Source: Malacoraja senta (Eukaryota). From it: DNA of 64,000 bases. The translations under genes were made by a program, and so were the position numbers. This document shows positions 12,282-24,919 of the stretch, one piece after another. Position 1 is the first letter of the stretch, and each line of letters begins with the position of its first letter. The notes beneath the pieces are model-generated. The model was not told where the DNA came from and searched no databases. It worked only from the letters and a program-made list of their open reading frames with translations. The stretch lies in the NCBI GenBank assembly GCA_038087875.1, contig CM075978.1, positions 112,716,001 through 112,780,000 of the forward strand, read 5' to 3'.

Positions 12282-12422
12282 CTTCTTCTTCTTGCGTATG
12301 GAGTGCACAGCCTAAAGTTGTAGGACGACTTGTTCTATATAATCTTATTTGATTGTGCACGCCAGGTTGATTGCATTCGTCGAAACAGGGCGGACCACAA
12401 GAAGGTTGCAATCTTCCACCCC
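12282..12422 (-). mobile_element. 141-nt non-autonomous retroposon with HDV-like ribozyme head and (GAA)n tail
   Basis: TSD ATTTCATTTCAT at 12270-12281 and 12423-12434; 3' end CCATACGCAAGAAGAAGAAG; internal GTGCACA...TGTGCAC pairing. Confidence 0.85.
12369..12422 (-). ncRNA. Minimal HDV-like self-cleaving ribozyme (predicted, 54 nt)
   Basis: GGGGUGG-AA-GAUUGCA-ACC-UUCUUGU-GGU-CCGCCCU-GUUUCGA-CGAA-UGCAAUC satisfies P1, P2, P3, L3, single-pair P1.1 and J4/2 CGAA. Confidence 0.8.
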
Positions 12423-12734
12423 ATTTCATTTCATGGACTCTCAGGAGGCAGTGGTTGAGGAATTCCTGGTAGCAGACAAAAGGGAGATGCTTGTAATTAC
12501 CACAGGACATGCTCTTTTCTTGACGATGGTCCTGATGATGGCATTTCTGAAGTTGTCGTGCGTTCTCCTCCCAGAATTTAGAAATGGGATAATGAATTAT
12601 GATCAATTTTCCCGTCCTCCAAATTTTAAAGTTTTAACAAGGATGCTGTCAACTTCCATGACCTAGGAGATTCTCAGTCGGGATATGGTCTTTTGGGTTT
12701 CTTGTCAGCCTGGATCACAGTGAGATTGAACTGG

Positions 12735-13264
12735 ATAGAAACATAGAAAATAGGTGCAGGAGTAGGCCATTCGGCCCTTCGAGCCTGCACCGCCATTCAA
12801 TATGATCATGGCTGATCATTTAGCTCAGTATCCTGTACCTGCCTTCTCTCCATACCCCCTGATCCCTTTAGCCACAAGGGCCACATCTAACTCCCTCTTA
12901 AATATAGCCAATGAACTGGCCTCAACTACTTTCTGTGGCAGAGAATTCCACAGATTCACCACTCTCTGTGTGAAAAAAAAATTCTCATCTCGGTCCTAAA
13001 AGACTTCCCCCTTAGCCTTAAACTGTGACCCCTTGTTCTGGACTTCCCCAACATCGGGAACAATCTTCTTGCATCTAGCCTGTCCAACCCCTTAAGAATT
13101 TTGTACGTTTCTATAAGATCCCTCCTCAATCTTCTAAATTCTAGCAAGTACAAGCCGAGTCTATCCAGTCTTTCTTCATATGAAAGTCCTGCCATCCCAA
13201 GAATCAGTCCGGTGAACCTTCTCTGTACTCCCTCTATGGCAAGAATGTCTTTCCTCAGATTAGG
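12735..13264 (-). mobile_element. CR1 LINE 3' end (young)
   Basis: PNLRKDILAIEGVQRRFTGLILGMAGLSYEERLDRLGLY peptide; TTTCTATGTTTCTA tail. Confidence 0.9.
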
Positions 13265-16200
13265 ATAGGATATGTTGCTGTGGAATGTAGGATCAAAGGT
13301 CATCCAGTTAAAGGCAGATTCACTTTTGAGTTCTTTGAAGTGTTCCTTCAGATAGGTGCTGACTGTCTCTCTGCCCTTGATATGATTGACTTTTTGGTGG
13401 GGTGGTCCTTTGGGCATTACAGGCTGTAGATGGCCTTGATATCCTTGAAAATGTGTTTATCAGTGAGTTTCCCCTCGCCATCTGTCTTTCAATTCATGGG
13501 TTTTCTGCTAGACTTCTGCATTCACGTGCCAATGGAGCCGTTTCTTTTCCCTCGAGCCATGATGATACCTCCAATCCATCGTGTTTAAGGTTACTTGGCT
13601 CCTGGATATCTTGGTTGTTCTTAGTTGTCTTTTATGGTATGGAAGGCGTATGAGTGCTATAGGTGCACAGGTGGCACCAATGTTCCATGCAAAATCATCC
13701 AAATCCATTGGCCAGACAAGTGAGCCAATGCCACTCCTCTCGCAGAGCAACGTCCTTAAAAAAAAAAAAAGGGCTCTCGTGGGCAAGTCTTGTTATACCT
13801 GTGTCTGGCATCACATTCCCAATACAGGCACTCTATTCCAAGTTCTATCCTGGCAAGAGATTACTGTGTGGATAAAGGAAGACATTCAAGGATGTTCTCA
13901 ATGCATCATTGGAAAAGGTGTAACATCCCATGGAATTGTGGTAATCCCTGGTCCATGATCACTCAGAAAAGAAAATCTCACCTACATTTATCTGGAGCAC
14001 ACAGCATACGTAAATAATGGGAATAGTGCATAAAGTATCTAACCACCCAGCTATGGAGAGAAGGAATGAAAGTAAGTCATCCTTAATTCGGAAGGACTTC
14101 CCTAGAAAAAGATGATTCTTTTATAGTATTTTTGCTCTATTGACAGGACAAAATTTCATGAGATTTTATTGTGGGGTATGCTGCAAACTTACATTTGGTA
14201 CAAATTACAATAATTGTGATTAGTTTTTAGACTGTGTGCTATGCATGACCTTGTGCATGAGAGTGTTAATATATATGTGAACAATGAGATTGTGTGCTTG
14301 TCACAAGCAAATCCTTCCTATGATTCATGCTCATGGTCCTTTATGAATCATAAGACAGAAGAAAAAGAGTAATTTTCGTAAAAACTCTTCAGTTCTCTTT
14401 GGGTGTGATCTGGGACATCATACTTTGAGTCTTTTGCCCTCATGAGAGAGATTTAATTTCATTGTTATACTGCTGTCATTAACAGATGTTGCTGAACAGA
14501 GTGCTGCATGCCATTGAAATGTATTGACATTAATGATAAAGGGTGAATGAATGTAGCATTAACTGAATGGTAGATAGCATTTAACTATTGCAAACAATGA
14601 CTAGAATTCAAACTACTAAGTACTGAGAATTTCAAAATTTGGGTAAAACTGTTGTTTTAAGATTTAATATCAAAAACTTTGATATTTAATAGTTTGATAT
14701 TTAATAACAAAAGCTGTTCACGTGACAATAAACTAAACAGAACTGAACTAATATTTAAGCTTGTCGAAGAGATATTAACAAAACCTGATTCATTAGAAAA
14801 GACAAATAATTTGTTTTCTGCACAAAGATGTGGTATTTTCATTAGTAAGAGTTGGAATCTTGTTTGATCCCTGTGAGAGACTGAAAACTAGAGGAAGAAG
14901 GCAAAACGTGCTTTAATTCATTGCAGAGTTTAAGAGATAAAACCATGGCAATTCAACATCACTAGTCACAGAATTTACCAGTGTTTTCCTCATTTGTGAA
15001 ATGTATCTTTTTTTAAATGAAAAATCACTGGCAACAGTAGAATGATTGAATGTATTTTGAAAATCACAGTGTAAACTGGTCTCTTCAAACTGATTTGCTT
15101 TCTCGGCTCATGTAGTTTGTTGCTGTACTGAAGCACTTCAGGATTGAATTACAAGAGCTCAAAGTAATTAAAATCCCCAAATTTTGCAGTCCATTGTCCA
15201 TGTGTGGCTCTGTTTTCCATACATTTTCTCCAAGCTTTTCATGCTGCTTTTCTGTGTTCCTCTTATGGATTCGGTTTTCAGTTGTGTATTCCATGTTTTA
15301 AGGGGCCTCCTTTGTATATTTTAAAAATAAATTACAGAATTCTAACCTCATCCAACACAGGAATTCTTCTAAAGGAGCATTTCAGTGCTGTCTGTACCTC
15401 TGCATTTATTCAGCAAGCAAGTATCCCAAAGCTGAGAAAGATCAGTGTCAAGAATTTTTAAGCAACAGTGAGCTGTCCATACCAGCATGTATAGTAATTA
15501 AAAAACATTTACACTTCTTGTGAATCCCAACACCTGTGCATGTTCTTACTTTGTTTTTTTAAAGTAAAGGTATTATGGAAATTTCCATTTGGTCACTCCA
15601 ACAGATTTATTCTAATATCATTGCATTTTTGCAGACTTTTTGCCATGCTAACTATTCTTCTAAAAAATGTTTTCCAATATTTCTGCCTGCTGATGTTCAG
15701 TGGAAGAATATGACAAACTGCACTGTAAATATTTAACATGATGTGCAGGGTATTTTTCCTGGGTTGGTGTCATTTACAATGAATATTCATGTACAATGCA
15801 CACAGATGAGTAACGTATATGTACAGGCTGTATGTGTTTTACTTTGTAAATTATGCAACTGTTCTCTTTTTAAACATATAACTATTGAAACTCTGGGTGG
15901 GCTGTTAAGAACATAACTACAGAAAATAAATTCTGAAATGTAAAGCCTCTTTGTCTCAGATTATTTTGAGCCCTGGTCATTGCCAAGGACTTTTTACGTT
16001 ATGCTGCATTCAAGTAAAAGTAAAGTAATCTTTTAACATTGTAGCAATTAGATTGGATTGATTTAAAGTACTAACTGAGATTGACAATATATGTACATGC
16101 ATTTAATCATAGTAATAATTCAATTATAATGAGAGTATTAGTAGAATTATTATTATATAGTATTCAGATATAAACTAGTTTGAATATAAAATATTTTAAT

Positions 16201-16528
16201 AAAATGCTTTTCTGAATCTATTTCTAATGTTGAACAAAATGTGGAAACTTGACAAATTTAATGTAAATTTTCTGTTGCCATAATTATTTTAGTCTACTAA
16301 GGAATAGCTCTGTGTACCTATTCTACATGGATGCCATAAGATTAGCTCTATGCTAATTTACAAAATATTTGAAGGATGTCAACATCACTGTGTTATGCTA
16401 CTTAGCACAAAGAAATATTTTAATTCTGCATCCTGAACATTGGATTCACAAGTGTTGGAAGATTTGTTCTTGGATTCATTCTCTACCTTCTGCCTTTGCA
16501 AAATCTCTGTCATCTATTCCATAAGTCT

Positions 16529-16828
16529 GGGCGACACAGTGGCGCAGCGGTAGAGTTGCTGCCTTGCAGCGCCGGAGACCCGGGTTCGATCCCGACGACA
16601 GGTGCTGCCTGTACGGAGTTCTCCCCATGACCGCGTGGGTTTTCTCAGAAATCTTCGGTTTCCTCCCACACTCCAAAGACGTACAGGTTTGTAGGTTAAT
16701 TAGCTTGGTATACATGTAAAATTGTCCCTAGTGTGTAGGATAGTGTTAATGTGCGGGGATCGCTGGTTGGTGCGGACCCGGTGGGCCGAAGGGCCTGTTT
16801 CCACGCTGTATCTCTAAACTAAACTAAA
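16529..16828 (+). mobile_element. HE1-like V-SINE
   Basis: tRNA-derived head (TGGCGCAGCGG A box, GGTTCGATCCC B box), V-domain (CCGCGTGGGTTTTCTC...CGGTTTCCTCCCACACTCCAAAGAC), CR1-type tail ending (CTAAA)n. Confidence 0.88.
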
Positions 16829-17049
16829 GTCGGACTTGGATCTGGTCACACTGTCAGACATTGCCAGTACTTTTTCCCAATTAATTCATTCATCCCCTGG
16901 CTCCCTCATTCCTTTCCCATTGCAATCCTGATTCAATCTGCCTTTTCCCTGCCCCTCAAGTTGTTATGCTCTCCCCTCATCTCTGACTCAACTCCTGTGT
17001 CTCCACAAATTGGTGAACCAAGATTGTCCCTCCAAAATGTCTGGCTGTC

Positions 17050-17595
17050 CATAATAAAAGCAGAACGTTCTGGAAACACTCAGTTGTTCCGACAACATCT
17101 ATAGAAAGAGAAACAATTAAAGTTTCAGTTTAAAGATCCTTCATCACAACTGGGAATAGAGAAAACAAGTGTTTTATAACAATATTTTAAAAGACATTTG
17201 GATTGGTACATGAATAGGAAATTTAGGGGAGTGTGGAGGCAAGTGTAGATGGGCAACTTGTTCGGCATAGATGGGTTGGGCCGAAGGCCCTGCTTCCCTG
17301 AAAAGATTGTTCAAACTTCACACACAGTAGTGAAGGTCAGAATTGAACTTGGAGTACTGGAGCTGTGCAACATCAGCACTGCTTTGCCACTGTGCTGCCC
17401 AAGGAAAAGAAAATATAATTATCCAATCATTCCTAGCAATAAAACTTAAACAACAAGGCAGGCATGAAGAAGGGCTCTGACCTGAAATGTCATCTGTCCC
17501 ACTTCCCTTCACAGATGTTGCCTGACTGCTGAGTTCCTCCAGCAGTTTGTTCTTTGCTCAAGATTCCAACATCAGCAGTCTCTTATGTCTCCAGG
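17050..17595. mobile_element. Cluster of Penelope terminal-repeat, CR1 tail and SINE head fragments
   Basis: GATGTTGCCTGACTGCTGAGTTCCTCCAGCAG (17514-17560), CR1 tail 17185-17295, inverted SINE head ~17340-17400. Confidence 0.55.
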
Positions 17596-18094
17596 TGGGA
17601 ATACTGTTTTTTTGTAAAGATACATAATTCAATCTCTAAGTTTAAATAAAGAACAGATTGTTTTGGCTGAAGAGGGAATCACATGTTAGAATATTGCTAA
17701 TTTTCTGGGATCTGAATTAGCTTCAGTAAGGAAAAATTAACATTTTCTATCTCAAGGGGCAGTGAACAGTGAGTAAAGTAAATCTGAACAAAGCCCACAG
17801 CACTAACTATCTCTAATTTGCTACTAATGCAATAATCTCCTCAGTGTAACCATTCTGAATCCCATGGAAATGAGAAGTCAGGGCAATCTATTAGGTAATG
17901 TTGCACTTTATTGCCAAGGAAATTGTTGACTAGATTTGATATGTTAGTATTATAAACTACTGCTGGAAGTAGTTGTCCCTAGTGGGACCTCAAACAATTA
18001 TAGTAATTTAAGTGGCAAATATCAGAAACTTTTACTCCGAAAATCAGGATGCCAGGTTTAACCTGCCTCTCAGTTTAACTTTTTTAAGATTTTT

Positions 18095-18375
18095 AGATTT
18101 ATTATATTATTGTCTTATGTACCGAGTTAAAGTGAAAAGCTTTGTTTTACATGCTATCGAAACAGATTAGATAATACTACACATAAACAATAGGTAGAGC
18201 AAAGGGGAAAGATACAGAGTGCAAAATATGGTTCTCAGTATTGTAGCGCATCAGTTGCATTGACAAAGTCCATTGTCTTCAATGGGATGGAGGTGAATTG
18301 ATTAGTAGCCTAGTTTATGGAAGGACCATTAAGATGCCTGATAACAGAGGGGAAGAAGCTGTTCCAGATCCTTGT
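18095..18375 (-). mobile_element. Rex1/Babar-like LINE 3' end
   Basis: GCCTGATAACAGAGGGGAAGAAGCTGTTCC and TTATTGTCTTATGTACCGAG...GTGAAAAGCTTTG, reverse complement of the 11180-11445 type. Confidence 0.65.
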
Positions 18376-18788
18376 GGTGTGTCCAATTCACGTTGCGGAA
18401 GCAGGTATTACAGCAGAACTACCCATGCTCTGCTCCTTGCAATGCTAGAAAGGACTTGTTTACTATGATTGGAATCAACATATCTAGTTCTTTCCCCAGT
18501 TTTCCCTATGGCTTTTGTTTGGAAGGGTAAAATATAATTCCTGCCAATGAACATTTTGTATTTGAAATATATTGGAACTATCCAATGATTTGAAATAATG
18601 TGTAGCAAACTAATATTTACTGATGGTGAATTGCACTTTACTTTGATCTAAAAGCACAGAATATTCACTATGTACCAGCTGTCAAGAAAATTATTTCAAG
18701 TTGCTTTTACTTACATTAAAACAGCAGTCAGAAAACAAATTAAAACACAAAGACAAAACAAATAAATAACTATAGGATAAGGGGCTAT

Positions 18789-19112
18789 AGTTTAGTTTAG
18801 AGATACAGCGCGGAAACAGGCCCTTCGGCCCACCGGGTCCGCGTCGACCAGCGATCCCCGCACATTAACACTATCCTACACTCACTAGGGACAATTTTTA
18901 CATTTACCAAGCCAATTAACCCACAAACCTGTACATCTTTGGAGTGTTGGAGGAAACCAAAGATTTCCTCTTTCGGAGAAAACCCATGCAGATCACGGGA
19001 AGAATGTACAAACTCCGTACAGACAGCACCCATAGTCAGGATCAAACCCGGGTCTCTGGTGCTGCATTTGCTGTAAGGCAGCAACTCTACCTCTGTGCCA
19101 CTGTGACTGCCG
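18789..19112 (-). mobile_element. HE1-like V-SINE
   Basis: Reverse complement closely matches 16529-16828. Confidence 0.88.
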
Positions 19113-19609
19113 TAGTGGAGCAATATATTTGAAATGTAGCTGCAATAGTGCTTTGGACCAAAAGTTGCCACTAGAGGTGATGAGTACTCATCAAATACAG
19201 TCTTCTGTTGCTCTGATATCTCTGGTAATTTTCCACAGTGACCTGGACTGTGCATCACACTTCCCTGCTGCATCCTTGCGGAGAAAACAGTATCTGCAAA
19301 TCCGTGAGTTGCTTCTGGAAGACTTACCAGCTCCATGCTTGATTTAATCTAAACACTCCTCAGTTGATGCCCATCATCCATTATACTCAGAAGACTCACA
19401 CCAAATCCAGACTCGCTCCCTCATTTGTTGCCTGTCTTCCCTCAAGGTCATCTCTTTTTGTCCAGAACTATAATCCTTCCCCTAACCATGCCTTTATCTA
19501 ACTTGATCATCCCTCAGGAATTTCTAGTATGGATAGAGTAAAATTTTCAGGGAGGATACTCTTATGTCCAGCTAAATGGTGAATTAAATTGGATAAAATC
19601 TGACTTGTC

Positions 19610-19830
19610 ACACAACATGAATATAGGCCCTACAGCCCAACCCATCCATGCCAACCAAGATGCCTATCTATGCTAGTCATATTTGCCTGCGTTTGACCCA
19701 TATCTCACTAAATCTTTCCTATCCATGCACCCATCCAAATGTCTTAAATGTTATTGTATCTGCATCAACCGCATTCTCTGACAAATTGTTTTGTAATCAC
19801 CTTCCTTCTGTCTGAAAAGGTTGCCCCTCA
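19610..19830 (-). mobile_element. CR1 LINE 3' end
   Basis: AGGCCCTACAGCCCAAC...TTCCTATCCATGCACCCATCCAAATGTCTT. Confidence 0.7.
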
Positions 19831-19840
19831 CTTGTATGAC

Positions 19841-20672
19841 AACGAGCCTCAATATGTGTACTGATCTTGGGCTCCGGTGGGGATCAAATACACCACCAGG
19901 GGCGCCGAATGATTATGATCCATGATCAGTACACCACCAGGGGCGCCAAATGATTGGCAGCCCCGCCAACAGTCTTTCTGTTTTTTCGTCTTAAAAAAAA
20001 AAAAAAGTGCATTTTAATAGTTTGTGTAAATCTTCTCCGGTTTGTTTTATGTGGGGGGAGAGGGAGGGGTCGGGGGAAACTATCAGTTTCTTACCTTGCT
20101 GGAGATGCGATTACTTTCCGGATCGTGTCTCCGGTCACTCTGCGGCCTACCATCGATGGAGCTGGAGGACTCCCCGGACTGACCTTGAGCGCCGTGGGGC
20201 GTGAACTTAACATCGGAGTTGATCCCTTGCCTGGGATCGCTCCAACCGCGGCCTGCGGACTTTTCCATCGAGCTAGCAGTCTAGGGAGAGGCTAGTCGGG
20301 AGCTCCAACAAACGCAGAGGCTCAACCAGCCCCGACGCAGGGTTTGATCGCCGGCGTGGGGGAGCAGACATCCCCCCCGATGCAGGAGCTGATCGGCCCG
20401 ATGTGGAGGGCCCGCCACCGGCTATGGGAGTCAAGATCGTCCCGTCAACGGAAGGCTCGAGGCACCGACCGCAGGAGAGCCAACAAGGGAAGAGATTGAA
20501 CTTTTTTTTCCCGCCTTCCATCACAGTGGAGGAGTCACTGTGGTGGATGTTTATGTTAAAATGTGTTTTGTGTGCTCTGTTGCTTTTTATTTGTATGACT
20601 GACTTGGCAAATGAAATTCCTCGTATGTTGCAAAACATACTTGGCTAATAAAGTATTACTGTAAAAAAAAAA
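19841..20672 (+). mobile_element. GC-rich non-autonomous retroposon, copy 2
   Basis: CpG-rich body, hairpin 20517-20547, GGCTAATAAA and A tract at 3' end; possible TSD TTGTATGAC/TTGTATCAC. Confidence 0.65.
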
Positions 20673-21964
20673 TTGTATCACTGCAGATAGATGTCCATGA
20701 CATTTCCTCCTGCAGTAAACGAGTAGCATGCAGGAATTCTTGCTCATGTTTGAGCTGATATCATGAGACATAATGAAATCTGGGCTGCCAGGGTCACCTT
20801 CCACCCAAAAAACACCACACTGTCTCAACCTCTTTTTGGTCTGACCTAGCAGTGGACGGGTAGCCCTGAGGACCATGGTGGAGAAGTCTAGGATGCAAAG
20901 AAAGAAATGACTTCTGTCAGGCTGGTCAAGCCCAACAGATGTACGGGTCAGCTCTCAAATCCAGCAGAAGACTACAGCATTAGATGCGAGCCTTTGAAGT
21001 ATTGACTGGCCGTGACATCCTTGAAGGTGCAAAACATAGCGTATGGCTTGCAGACATCAGTATGGCATGTTTGAAAGGACCATGTGCTTAACTCAAGAAT
21101 TAAACATACTCCAAAAATTATAGAAGAGAGTCAATTAATAATATTTTCAAAACCTTATCTAATGAAATTTGTCATCTGTTTGTTTATAACGTGTTATTTA
21201 TTAGTCTGTTTGAATAACAGGTATTTTTCGCACCTCAAAGCCTGAGGAACACCTTAAACTGAATGTAAAATGACTCCTGCGACCCCCTGTCAGCTGCTGT
21301 ACATTTCTCTGCCAGCTTGTATGGAAAATGTTAGAGGTTGAGGGAAACACTTGACAGTTTCCATTAATGTTTGTTGTCGGGCAAACGACTTTGTGAACAG
21401 TTGTAGTTTCTATGTCAAGGTGATTTTGATCTTTGTGGTTACCTGATCTATGGTTTCACAGTTGGCAACATCTGGCTTAGATGATAAAGGAGATAAAGAA
21501 TAAAAATTACCCTTGATGGTTAAAATTATGCTAATCTTCTGTCAGTTATTTTAACACTGGATTTAGTCTGCTTGTTCAGAATGAAACTATATTAATACCA
21601 AGTAAGTACTATAAGTCAGCTACTATCTTTGTAATTCCCGTCTTTGACCACAGCTCTCTAAGTTGATCTCAATCAGATATAAGGACAAGGATGGCACATA
21701 CTTGAGCACCTGATTTGGGATTTTTTCACCACCCTTTCATCTTTGCTTGGGTAATCTTCTGGAACTCACTCCTTAGTAACAGTGTTGGAACCTTAGCCAC
21801 ATATGCTGCAGTCTGCTGGCACTCACCACCACCTGTTCAAGGGTAACCAGGGATGGCTGTAAATGCTGCCATTCTTAGCAATCTTCAAATACAAGAAGGG
21901 ATTTAACTTTTTTTTTAAAGCTGCATATTAATAATTAAGTTCACTACTTCCAAAGGATTGCTGG

Positions 21965-22180
21965 TCAAGAACCTTCTTCAGACGGATGATTAGGAAGGGG
22001 AGAAAGCTGGAAATTAGAGGTGGGTGTGAGGCTAAGCCTGGCAAGTGATAGGTGGATACAAGTGAGGGGTTGAATGGCAGGTGGGTGGGGATAGGCTAGA
22101 GTTAGTGGACATAAGCTAGAGATATGGAGGCTGGTAGGGTGAAAGGTGAGGACCAGGGGAACTATTTTTATTCTTGTATA
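21965..22180 (-). mobile_element. Penelope-like fragment, internally deleted
   Basis: Minus-strand VPLVLTFHPTSLHI joined to tail ending GTCTGAAGAAGG. Confidence 0.6.
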
Positions 22181-23514
22181 TATGGACATGATGATCAGCA
22201 TAGATGTGATGGGCTGAAAGGCCTTTTCCTCTGCAGTACAATTCTATGAACTAAGATCTCTTTCCATACTCTGAAATTATTTTTTTCTGACAACTGTATG
22301 GGTTCAGCAAAGGTATTTTGTAGAGATCATTTTTAGCAAGTGCAGAAGATCAGGGAGTAACTGGAGCATCTTCTGTATAAACATGTAATCATGACATGGC
22401 TTTGCTGCTGGTCTTGAACAAGACTGATCACTGTAAGCATGCCTCTTCTGGTGCCAATAAGAGACACATAGTTTCCTTGCTACTGACACGTGCAATTAGT
22501 TTTTCATTTAAGGTTTTACTGAGTTTTACCACCACTGTTTGGATACTGGTTGTTGATATTTGCAGGGGGGAAAAACTCAAAACATTGGTTATCGAGAACC
22601 ATTGCTGGTCATAAACCAGAGGTTAGCCATGCCAGTGGGAGCAATGAAGTGAAAGGCATCATGCCTTTACAAAAATCTAACAATGTTACTGTTATTTCTA
22701 ATTCTCTAAATTTAGATACATATTGTTATTGACCTGGGGAGAGGGGTGGGGAATGATGACTTGTGGTAGCTTCAATGATTCGAAGGGATTTCAACCAGAA
22801 TGATTATGGAATTCAATTCCGTTTCTATAGCACGAAGATGTGAGAATCATGAATGTTGACTCGTCTAATGGAGAGACTTGACAGTACCTTTTCCTAATTT
22901 ATATCCTTTTATTTTATTTCAAAGTCATAATTGTCTATGCCAACTGTTCATGGGATGGATCAGATGTATCCCCTGATGTTTTGTTTTCAACTGATTTGGA
23001 AAGTTGACCAAAGCGAGGGCAAGACAGCCATTATCACCATTAGGCTGGGGCATTGGTCAATGTAAATTATGTTATAGGCAGCTGATCCTTGTGTTGTTAA
23101 ACATGCAATCGTCATGATGCCAGCTATGCTTCTGACGATAGATGTATATATATCGGCCTTGATGCCTGTTTTCCACTAATGTGTGAGAGATACGAATGGA
23201 CATAGCAACAGATGGAGTAGAAACTGTCCCCAAGAGGGCTTCTCTTTCCTTGAGGCACATTCCAAAGGACTTCAAAGGTACTTGATGCCAAATGTTGCTG
23301 GGCAGAAGGTTGGCAACCCGCATTTGGAACACTGGGAACTCTAGCTCAGTCTGTTTTACATTTCTGTTGAAAAAGATTGTAATCTGGGAATACAGACACT
23401 CACAATCTGGTTATCACAGACTCTTATTCTTCATAAATCAAGGATACTAAATGGAATTAAACCCCCCACGGCACCTGACAGAAATATCCTAATTAATGAT
23501 TATTTTAAATAAAA

Positions 23515-23690
23515 GAAAGTGCTGGAGTAACTCAGTGGGTCAGGTCGCATTTCTGGAGAACATGGATAGATGACATTTTGCGTTGGGACCCTTCTTCAGA
23601 CTTTGTTGTGGGAAGGGCCATGATGGAGAGGGAGAAATCTGGAAGAGAGAAGGTGAAGGACAGCATCTGTAGTTCTTGTATCTACATCCT
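23515..23690. mobile_element. Penelope-like terminal repeat fragment
   Basis: GTGCTGGAGTAACTCAGTGGGTCAGG...GGGACCCTTCTTCAGACT. Confidence 0.6.
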
Positions 23691-24214
23691 AATGATTCTT
23701 TTAGGTGCACTGGATTGTGACCAACCTAAAAATATTGGAAATATTTTTGTCCTCTTCACTATTGGTTCTATTCTTTGGTACTTCTTGTAAACTTAACATT
23801 TCAATTCGATCCCAGTAAAAAAACGTCATTATCTATGCTTTGAGATTTTGTCCTTTGTTATCCCATCGCTCTTCCTTTCTTCCTACAATAAATGAACATC
23901 TCAGAATGCAGACTCCACCACAGTAACCTGAGATCAGATTTGTGTTTCTCTTCCTTAGTCATGGTGGCTGCTTAATGACAACCAAGTTGGAACTCAGTTA
24001 AGGATTGCCATAACTTCTCATCCTGGAATCCAGTAACGTTTTCACAGTCGGGATAGGTGGTAACTGATGGCCAGGTTGTCCACTCCTTCTGCCACCTGCA
24101 CAGGGCTTCTGTGTACATCTGATGCATGACATTGAACTCAATACCATCCCAACAGCCCCTTGTACCTTTGAGTGTCTTTTCGTCCGGGTAGGGAAGTCAG
24201 TCGAGAATACAGAT

Positions 24215-24455
24215 TTACCCGTGAGAGGGGAAATACTTAAAGTGTTGTTATTGAACAAGCTGCCAAAGGAAGTGGTAAAGGTAAGTACAAATACACCATT
24301 TAAAGGACAATTGGACAGGTACATGCATAGGAAAGGTTTGGAGTGGATATGGGACATCACAAGCAAGTGGAACTTGCTCAGTTAGGTAAATTGATCAGCA
24401 TGGACAAGTTGGGCCAAAGGGTCTGTTTCTGTACTACATATCTCTATGACTCTAT
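24215..24455 (+). mobile_element. CR1 LINE 3' end
   Basis: NKLPKEVV...FKGQLDRYM peptide; TTGGGCCAAAGGGTCTGTTTCTG...CTCTATGACTCTA tail. Confidence 0.75.
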
Positions 24456-24919
24456 TTTCTAGTATCCATTAGAATTAACAATTTGCCCAAACCAATATTT
24501 GTTTAGAAGTCCTCTCTTCCTTGGAGAAAACTTAGTTCTAATCAATAGCACTCCAGAAATTCTGGGCTCCAAATAGAATTCATAGGAACCAGCAACAAAA
24601 TGAGTATCCTGATTTTCCTCTGCCAATCCAAAGGAAAATACTGCAAACCTGAAATAAAAACAAATGTTTTGGAAATACTCTGCAGGTCAATCAGTACCCG
24701 GTGACAAGAAAACAGCTTCAATATTTCAGGTGATAATCTTTCAACAGAACAGCTTGAAACAATGAACTTCCTTCTCTCTCCACATAAGCTGCCTAACCTG
24801 CTGAGTATTTCTGCACTTTCTGTTTTTATTCCCTTTATGAAGCAACGTTTTGCTCTTGACAAAAGTCTCTGTGTATTAACATTCATATGCAACATCAGAC
24901 CACACACAATATATTTCCA

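Noticed and set aside
12435-13990. Possible old L1/Tx1-like fragment around the CR1 insertion
   Set aside because: Only a very degenerate knuckle-like peptide is visible; cannot be supported without a database search.
16529-16600. tRNA gene
   Set aside because: The A/B boxes belong to a SINE head that continues into a V-domain and CR1 tail.
18797-19336. 179-aa minus-strand ORF
   Set aside because: More than half is an HE1-like SINE; the remainder has no recognisable homology.
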